DNA of 60,582 bases, filler included, from Stramenopiles sp. TOSAG23-2 (Eukaryota): NCBI GenBank assembly GCA_900128395.1. It is 8 parts of 8 records of this genome, joined end to end, with 100 filler letters (N's around TTAATTAATTAA, not from the genome) between each part and the next. Parts side by side here need not be neighbours in the genome. Positions count along the whole stretch, not along the records: positions 48,001 to 57,442 come from LT650102.1; positions 57,543 to 59,012 come from LT652836.1; positions 59,113 to 60,582 come from LT652837.1; 5 more parts are not named here. The stretch is one strand, 5' to 3'. Under the pieces are notes generated by a model. It was not told the origin of the DNA, did not search any database, and worked only from the letters and a program-made list of their open reading frames with translations. The translations under genes were made by a program, and so were the position numbers. Numbering within the stretch: position 1 is the first letter of the stretch; each line of letters starts with the position of its first letter. Positions 53,650 through 60,582 of the stretch are shown here, one piece after another.

Positions 53650-53994
53650 ATATAATATACTGCAGTAGTAGTACGCGTATTTTAACCTGAAGGACCCGAT
53701 GAGGCTGGAACCCCTTTTCTGAAATCCATATATTTAAGGATAGAAATAGAGAATTTTCACAAAATATTCTGAAGTATGCAATTGTTATAGAGTTAAATAA
53801 AAGTACCTATCAATATGGCTTTATCGGCGACATAAAATCCGAGGGAGAAGAATGGCAAAATATTTTGTTTCAAAATTTAAAATAAATTATTTTATTTAAA
53901 TTCATATATAGACTATCTATGTCACAAGAAATATAAGAAAAGGAAGGTTCGATGATATAATAGAATATATTATTTGTGAACAAATAATATTAAT

Positions 53995-55344
53995 ATGGAA
54001 GCACCGACAAGATTTAAATGTATCGTATGCATTGGATTGCTAAACAATCCAGTGATTTTACCATGTTGTGGAAATTATTTATGTAAAGCATGTATACATG
54101 GCCTAACACAATCGGGTACATCTCGCTGTCCGTACCCGCAATGCTCAAGGGAAAGGTTACAAAATAAAATACGAACAGCAGAAAAAAAAGGAAAATTATA
54201 TGCAACAGAACTTTGGGATGAAATACAACAGAGATTTCCAAATTTTGATTATGAAGGGAATGATGATGTCGACTTTGTTGATAAAGATGATAAAGATGTT
54301 GTAAGAAAAGTCATTCGTACCGAAGTGAATGGAGAAATAAGGCGAGAATGGGAAGCTAACGAAGCACGTTTAAAAGCTGAGAGAGATCGTAAAGCAAAAG
54401 AGGAAGAGAAAAAATTAATGAAAATGACTGAAGATCCAGAGAACAAAGAAGTCGCAGAAGATATCAAGCGCAACAAGGAAATGGCGGAACAAGAACGGTT
54501 AAGTCTCGAATATATAAAAAAATTAACAGAGGGAAGCGGAAGCAGTAATAATAATAATAATAATGTAAATAATAAGGCACCAACTGGAATTGATATGGAA
54601 CAGCAGATAAAAATAATGGAAGAAATAGAACGTCGTAAAAAACAAAAAATTGTAAATTCTAGTGGTAGTAGCAGCAATAATAATAATTATAATAATAATG
54701 GTATTAGTAACAATTATGCCAATAGAACAATGAATCAAGATAATAATAACAATAGTAACAATATTATTATTAGAAAACGGAAATATCCAGATAATAATTC
54801 ATCTGGAAGTAATGGTAGTAGTTCTTTTCCTAATAATAATAGCAACAATTTTTCACTTAGTTTAGATGACAGACCGCATAAAATGCAACGACATGATGAT
54901 CATAATAATAATAATAATAACAATATATGCACAGTTAGTTTGCTAGATGATAGTGATGATGATGATACGGAGACTCAAATAAATAGTAATAATGATGAAG
55001 ATTCCTTTGCAACACCATCATCTTCTCAAAATATAAATAGTAACAGTATCATAAATTTAAATAATAATAATGATTCAGCATTAATAAGGAATGATAATCA
55101 TGTTGTATTAGATATTCCATCTGGTAGTACAAATATACAATCGCCTGTCGTCTCTAATAATAATAATTCGACTCGAAATGGTGCTAGTAGCAGCAATAGC
55201 GATAGTTACAACAGTAATGGGCAACATATGAAACGCAAGAGGTGGACATGTCATCGATGCACGTTTAAAAATAAAAATTTATGGTTAAGATGTGATATGT
55301 GTGGTGATTTGCGAAGACCACCACAAGCTGTTTCTAATCAATGA
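53995..55344 (+). CDS. RING E3 ubiquitin ligase with RNF168-like post-RING region and C-terminal RanBP2/NZF zinc finger
   Basis: RING CIVC...PVILPCCGNYLCKAC...RCPYPQC; ELWDEIQQRFP; GEIRREWE; SLEYIKKL; NZF WTCHRCTFKN...RCDMC. Confidence 0.85.
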   Translation: MEAPTRFKCIVCIGLLNNPVILPCCGNYLCKACIHGLTQSGTSRCPYPQCSRERLQNKIRTAEKKGKLYATELWDEIQQRFPNFDYEGNDDVDFVDKDDKDVVRKVIRTEVNGEIRREWEANEARLKAERDRKAKEEEKKLMKMTEDPENKEVAEDIKRNKEMAEQERLSLEYIKKLTEGSGSSNNNNNNVNNKAPTGIDMEQQIKIMEEIERRKKQKIVNSSGSSSNNNNYNNNGISNNYANRTMNQDNNNNSNNIIIRKRKYPDNNSSGSNGSSSFPNNNSNNFSLSLDDRPHKMQRHDDHNNNNNNNICTVSLLDDSDDDDTETQINSNNDEDSFATPSSSQNINSNSIINLNNNNDSALIRNDNHVVLDIPSGSTNIQSPVVSNNNNSTRNGASSSNSDSYNSNGQHMKRKRWTCHRCTFKNKNLWLRCDMCGDLRRPPQAVSNQ

Positions 55345-55555
55345 TCTAGATATAGAGAGTCTACAGTCTGTCCGAACAAAATGATGTACGAAGTACAAAT
55401 AGTACGATCGTATCAACTAGAGTGCGATACATCATTATTGTGATTTATACTGCACACACACGATATTTAAAAAACATCATTTTTAAATTTATATTTTTTT
55501 TAAAAATATTTTTGTTTTTTATATACGTATTATACTATATACGATCTCGTATAAA

Positions 55556-55696
55556 AGAGTATTAGTTTGCAGAGGTGCATTAGAGCTTTACTATATGATA
55601 GTAGGATAGAATATTATTCTTGCGATTGAGTATTGAGCATATTACTTAACACGAGAAGTGTAAAATTATTACGTATATAACTTAGATTTTAACCAC
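55556..55696 (+). repeat. Dispersed repeat family, copy 1
   Basis: Reverse complement of 58523-58642 and of 59113-59134 on other contigs. Confidence 0.85.
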
Positions 55697-55781
55697 ATCT
55701 CATATTTATAAAATTCTTTTCTATTTTCTATCTCTGACCACCAGTGGAAGAGTGATATTTTGTTTCTCGTTTCTACATTTA

Positions 55782-57266
55782 TTACAAAACGGAGTTATTT
55801 TTATATCGCACACTATTTTTTGCTTTCACACCTAAATTTTTACAAGCCCATTTAAACATTTTCGTATGTTCAGTCCATCTAGATTGCCTGCTACTACTAT
55901 CTAATGTTACCACTAAAATTTCAATACCTTTTTCCATTTTCATACTAGAAGCTAAACATGGACCAGCATTACGTGTTACACCCGTTTTAAACCCTGTTAC
56001 AGATTTGTTACGAAACAATAATTTATTTGTATTTAACCATCTACATTGTCGTAATTTACCAGTTTTAGGATCTTTATTATTAAACTTTGATTTCCAATTG
56101 TATTCAACAGTTCGTACAATTTGTTGGAGTATACCAGTTTTTTCCTTTTGCATCGTGTATGAAGCTATTTGTGCAATATCATATGCTGTACTCATATGTC
56201 CATCTTGATCCATACCATGTGGATTTTTAAATGTTGTATCATTAACTTTAACATCATTTACGATTTTTTCATTCATATATGCAACAAATGCATTAATATA
56301 TCTTTTGCTATTGTTTCGATTATTTTCCAATCGTTGTTGTTCTCTAGTTCGTTCCTTTTCATTATCGCTACTGCTGGTATCTGAAGATACTGTTGTATCA
56401 GAGGCATAATCATCTATTTCTGGTACCAAAAAATCATCATCATCATCATCTGTATTGTATTTTGATTCATAATTTCTACCACTAGTATCATTAGTATACT
56501 TCTCGTTGTTCTTGTTGTTGTTGTTCTTGTTGACCATCATATTATGATGCTGTACTTTTTCTTTTAATAAATATTTTCCACCAAAATATTCTGCTAATGC
56601 GCATGCAGCATCATTACCACTTGGTAACATCATACCATATAAAAGCTCTAATGCACTTAATTTATCACCAGTTTTTAAGCATGCACTTGTACCTATAGTT
56701 ACCGCCGCAAGTTTTGACACTGTAACAAGCTCCGTTTGTACGTTTTTTCTATTTTTTTTACATATATCAAAAACGCATAATGCAGTAATAATCTTTGTAA
56801 TACTTGCCATAGGTAACCTTTTCTTCGAATTTCGTTCCCATAAAATTTTTCCAGTTTTAAAATCAGCTACAACCCATGATTTTGCAGTTATAGCTGGTGC
56901 TGGAAACAATCGATGACCACAATTTGCAAGCGCCCGTCCAGGTGTCGTCAACTGTGAAGTGTCTTCGTCATCGGTATCTTCATAGCCATATTTCTTCTTT
57001 TTCTTTTTTTTCCCAGATGGTGAAGGTGTTTTCATAAGTTTATCGCGATTCGTATTTTTATTATTATGCATTTTAAACATTTCTTCATACCTACTTAAAA
57101 ATCTCCCAGTAATTTCTTTCTTCGCTTTCTCATTTAATGAACGCATCTTACTATGTCTACTTTTTGAGTCTCTTTTTGTTGGACTATTAAATTTTCTTGA
57201 ATGTGGTTTGGAGGAATAAGATTTATTCATATTTCGATGAGATGAGGAATAGGAGGAGGATGACAT
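55782..57266 (-). CDS. Peptidase S11 (D-alanyl-D-alanine carboxypeptidase/PBP5-like)
   Basis: SxxK (PMASITK), SxN (LLYGMMLPSGNDAA), FKNPHG, STAYD and KTG (GFKTGVTRNAGPCL). Confidence 0.92.
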   Translation of the reverse strand: MSSSSYSSSHRNMNKSYSSKPHSRKFNSPTKRDSKSRHSKMRSLNEKAKKEITGRFLSRYEEMFKMHNNKNTNRDKLMKTPSPSGKKKKKKKYGYEDTDDEDTSQLTTPGRALANCGHRLFPAPAITAKSWVVADFKTGKILWERNSKKRLPMASITKIITALCVFDICKKNRKNVQTELVTVSKLAAVTIGTSACLKTGDKLSALELLYGMMLPSGNDAACALAEYFGGKYLLKEKVQHHNMMVNKNNNNKNNEKYTNDTSGRNYESKYNTDDDDDDFLVPEIDDYASDTTVSSDTSSSDNEKERTREQQRLENNRNNSKRYINAFVAYMNEKIVNDVKVNDTTFKNPHGMDQDGHMSTAYDIAQIASYTMQKEKTGILQQIVRTVEYNWKSKFNNKDPKTGKLRQCRWLNTNKLLFRNKSVTGFKTGVTRNAGPCLASSMKMEKGIEILVVTLDSSSRQSRWTEHTKMFKWACKNLGVKAKNSVRYKNNSVL

Positions 57267-57387
57267 AACTATATATATATATATATATATTGATGAAAAA
57301 AATTCCCAAAGCAGAAGCTACTATTATTAATGATGCAAATGGGAAACCAAAAAAAAATAAAAAATAACAGAAACAAAAAAATCCAAA

Positions 57388-57442
57388 AGCAGTAGCGATA
57401 ATGAAAAGGAACGAACTAGAGAACAACAACGATTGGAAAATA
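57388..57442. repeat. 55-bp inverted copy of 56321-56375 at contig end (probable amplification chimera)
   Basis: agcagtagcgataatgaaaaggaacg...ttggaaaata is the exact reverse complement of internal S11 coding sequence. Confidence 0.9.
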
Positions 57443-57542
57443 NNNNNNNNNNNNNNNNNNNNNNNNNNNNNNNNNNNNNNNNNNNNTTAATTAATTAANN
57501 NNNNNNNNNNNNNNNNNNNNNNNNNNNNNNNNNNNNNNNNNN
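57443..57542. other. Artificial contig linker
   Basis: N-TTAATTAATTAA-N, 100 bp. Confidence 0.97.
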
Positions 57543-57570
57543 TTATCACCTTTTACCATCTTTCTTTTAG

Positions 57571-57857
57571 TGGCGCTTGGAATGTTTCTTTTGTATTGCG
57601 CATTTGGTAGTCTATATAATTCACAAGTTCGTGGTACATCAGGCATAGAATCTATACCAAATGTTGACTTTTGGAGAAATTTTTTAAAACATGTTGAAGA
57701 TGGATTATTATACGTTTATTTAAAAATTACGTGTCAAGAGAGAACTATTATGCATGAAAGTTTAATGCAAGATGATCAATTGAGTAACCCAAAATTTGAT
57801 GATAATGGAGATGATGATAATGATACGAAACTTGATAATGTTGTAACTCATCTTTAA
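57571..57857 (+). CDS. Terminal exon of an ATG27/cation-dependent mannose-6-phosphate receptor-like protein
   Basis: TM followed by YCAFGSLYN...GIESIPNVDFWRNF...V.DG; preceded by a polypyrimidine tract and TAG acceptor ending at 57570. Confidence 0.75.
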
Positions 57858-58154
57858 TACACTTTCACAGTTTGTGATAATACTTTTCACACGTAATTTA
57901 TGTAAGAGAGAGTATTCTTTGGAAAAAAAAATTAAAAAATTTAAATAATATTTTTTATTTTTATTTTATTTATTTAAAATTTAAAAATAAAAAAATTTAT
58001 ATAAATATATATATACGAAGTCGTATATATTATTTTAAAAATATTACTTATGATAAAAATGATTTACTTGTAATGATATATGTATAAATATACTCTGATG
58101 CTTATATATACAATCATACGAGAGTATATATCACATATTTTATCCAATTCAATT

Positions 58155-58313
58155 TCAACTTAACAAACATCCACCACCACCATCACCATCGTCATCTTTT
58201 TTGCTCTCTTTTTTCATCAATCCAGTTTTAGCACTTTCTTTATTTATATCTTCATTGAAATCAGCGAAATCCGCACCAGTGTCGAGAAGATCGAGACAGA
58301 GATTTTCAAGCAT
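58155..58313 (-). CDS. Short ORF or terminal exon ending in a CaaX prenylation motif (GGGGCLLS*)
   Basis: ...KKESKKDDDGDGGGGCLLS-TGA; 5' end unclear. Confidence 0.4.
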   Translation of the reverse strand: MLENLCLDLLDTGADFADFNEDINKESAKTGLMKKESKKDDDGDGGGGCLLS

Positions 58314-58522
58314 ACATGCAGTTGAAATGCCACGAAGAAGAAGAGTGATGAGTGTAGCAGAGAATTTGTAAAAACGAGAGTGCGGTGTGGTGGAAAAATA
58401 CACACAGGCGGGGGTAATAAATATTTTTTTGGTTGAACGAAAATATTAATCTCTCTCTCTTGAAAAAATGAAAAATATATATATATACACTCGTATGATA
58501 TACGAGTATATTCTATAAAATG

Positions 58523-58642
58523 GTGGTTAAAATCTACGTAAGTTATAATTATTTTACACTTCTCGTGTTAAGTAATATGCTCAATACTCAATCGCAAGAA
58601 TAATATATTCTATCCTACACTATAGTAACGCTCTAATGCACC
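58523..58642 (-). repeat. Dispersed repeat family, copy 2
   Basis: Reverse complement of 55574-55696 with small indels. Confidence 0.85.
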
Positions 58643-59012
58643 AGAGCAAAACAACGACGTCCAGCCCGTTCAACGAGTTATTTGTTCATTATATAAAATT
58701 TATTATTGGTATTTTGGTGTATATTCGCTTTAAGGTTCTCTTTGCATTTGGCCATAATAAAAAAAGATCTTTTTTTATTATTAGTCTAGTCTGCGTCGTC
58801 AGACTCTTTCGAAAGAAAGAGTCTATCTATCTATGTCTTTTTAAATTTATCAAGCAAAAAGAGAAGAATTACCTTTTAACGCTGTTGAAAAAAGTTCTGT
58901 ATAAATTTTTAAAAGTTTTTGCTTTTGGTTCTTTAATTTTATTTTCTCACAATGCCCCCAAAATTAATACCTAAAGCTGAAGTAACGTTTGATGTTCCTA
59001 GAACAGTTAACG

Positions 59013-59112
59013 NNNNNNNNNNNNNNNNNNNNNNNNNNNNNNNNNNNNNNNNNNNNTTAATTAATTAANNNNNNNNNNNNNNNNNNNNNNNNNNNNNNNN
59101 NNNNNNNNNNNN
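59013..59112. other. Artificial contig linker
   Basis: N-TTAATTAATTAA-N, 100 bp. Confidence 0.97.
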
Positions 59113-59329
59113 CACCTCTGCAAACTAATACTCTACAAGCACAAGTAGGTTTCTATCCTTCCGTGCGTAATCGTTGAAATATTGTGTGTGTTTAAACAAA
59201 AATATGTAATATATCGTAGACGTTGTTTAAAGCGCTATACTTTTAATATATTATTTTATTTTTTTATATTATATCAAAATATTTAAAAATAATTTTTACG
59301 AGACCATATGTATTACTTTTTCGTATTTT

Positions 59330-60157
59330 TTACGTATTTTCTATCCCTTCTTTCACTGCCATCATGATTGCATTAAATAAAACACCACGAACTAATTCAC
59401 CATATATACCTCTCCATAAACTTCCAATGCCACCAGTTTTATAGATACGTTTGATGCAATCAAGTATACTTGCATCTTTGTCTTCATCTTTTTTCTTTTT
59501 CGTCATAAATTCAACCTTTGCTCTAAAATATGGATACGTTATAATCGTTGCAATCATTCTCGATATTGCACCAAGCCAAAATCCTTGGAAAAAGGTCAAT
59601 GCATCATTAGTTAGTTTTCCAGATGCAGTTAATAAAAGATATTTAATTTGAACAAAAATAACATCTTGAATTGCTGGTCGAAGTCCTAACCCAAAATAGG
59701 AAGTGACTCCATCATAAAAGCTTAACATTCCATTCTCCGATGATGCAATATCTTTAATAGCTTTTGTTAAGGTAGCATCTTTTGAAGTGATCATTTTAAA
59801 TGAAACCATTTCTATTGGATAAGTAACTGGTAAACGTAATAAATCGGATAAATATCCTATGAACAAATTTGCTATGTATGAAACTTTTCCAGTTTTTTTA
59901 TTTTTTGCTAAATTAACTAAGTTGGTAAAGAAAAAGAAATATAAAAACTTATCCGAAACATTAACTAACGCCAATGGGAAATATCCTCTCCAATATCCGA
60001 TTATTCCATTCTCACGATATATCTGCTTTGCAGTTTTAAGAAACGTTGTGGGTTTATTACCGACTTGCTGTTTCGTTGTGAAATTTTTTTGTACTGTTTC
60101 AATTGGCATTGTAAGAGATACTGCTACTAGACCACCAATTGCTCCTTGCAGTGCCAT
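59330..60157 (-). CDS. Mitochondrial carrier family (SLC25) protein, peroxisomal adenine nucleotide transporter ANT1/PMP34-like
   Basis: Three carrier repeats (MPIETVQK, YPIEMVSFK, YPYFRAK); RPAIQ and FWLGAISRMIATIITYP resemble peroxisomal carriers. Confidence 0.85.
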   Translation of the reverse strand: MALQGAIGGLVAVSLTMPIETVQKNFTTKQQVGNKPTTFLKTAKQIYRENGIIGYWRGYFPLALVNVSDKFLYFFFFTNLVNLAKNKKTGKVSYIANLFIGYLSDLLRLPVTYPIEMVSFKMITSKDATLTKAIKDIASSENGMLSFYDGVTSYFGLGLRPAIQDVIFVQIKYLLLTASGKLTNDALTFFQGFWLGAISRMIATIITYPYFRAKVEFMTKKKKDEDKDASILDCIKRIYKTGGIGSLWRGIYGELVRGVLFNAIMMAVKEGIENT

Positions 60158-60177
60158 GACTGATATGTATGTATATA

Positions 60178-60224
<47 letters not shown>

Positions 60225-60582
60225 GGTTATTCACCGATCTGTTTATATATAATATCTATGATATAGTTTACTCTAACTAAATTTTCTTGATATATGCGAG
60301 GGCGTTGTTTATACATGGAATGTTTTGTATATACATTATATATATATTTGTGGATATTTTTTTTGTCCAATCTTCTTACTATTTGTCATTTGACCAACAA
60401 ACTGGCAAAATATATGAAGAAAAAATATCACAAATTTATCTTCTCTCAAGTACAAAAAATACCTAATCTGGCCTATCAAATATATCAAACACTACAAATC
60501 TACTTAGTATATGAAAAGGACTACATTAAGTACAAATATGATAGGAAATGAAAAACAGAAAACATGGCAGAAAAACACCATA

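Noticed and set aside
53686-53730. Hammerhead-ribozyme-like words (ctgaagga / ccgatgag ... gaaa)
   Set aside because: The core does not match CUGANGA and no consistent stems I-III could be formed
1-60582. Alternative genetic code, tRNA or rRNA genes
   Set aside because: TAA, TAG and TGA all end conserved genes at expected positions; no cloverleaf or rRNA signature was recognised by eye

Overview
This is AT-rich eukaryotic nuclear DNA, not prokaryotic. The window joins 8 separate contigs (about 9.4-9.6 kb x6, 1.47 kb x2) with artificial 100-bp linkers (44 N + TTAATTAATTAA + 44 N), so adjacency across linkers means nothing. Genes use the standard code, are intron-poor (3 supportable GT-AG introns, each with a CTAAC branch point) and often carry poly-Asn tracts. 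A CCDC151/ODAD3 gene points to a flagellated protist; a heterotrophic stramenopile single-cell assembly is my inference. Recognisable products: KH protein, divergent ALDH, NCKX exchanger, CCDC151, MORN protein, GBP-like and dynamin/EHD-like GTPases, OSCA/TMC-like channel, MRH-GH47-PA mannosidase, GH39-like hydrolase with SUEL lectin insert, RCC1-TBC RabGAP, PHPT1, NAA35, EF-hand/ankyrin protein, RING-NZF E3 with RNF168-like motifs, D-Ala-D-Ala carboxypeptidase-like S11 peptidase, ATG27/M6PR-like exon and a peroxisomal SLC25 carrier. The best candidate for an undescribed system is the gene at 5651-9373, which fuses an ABC-exporter-like multi-TM domain lacking an ATPase, a PLAT domain, two Cys-rich KOW/SH3-like repeats and a DRGH non-specific endonuclease. 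Intergenic DNA holds iterated palindromes, MITE-like elements and dispersed repeats, plus exact duplications that look like amplification or assembly artefacts. All family calls come from motif recognition by eye; no database searches were run.
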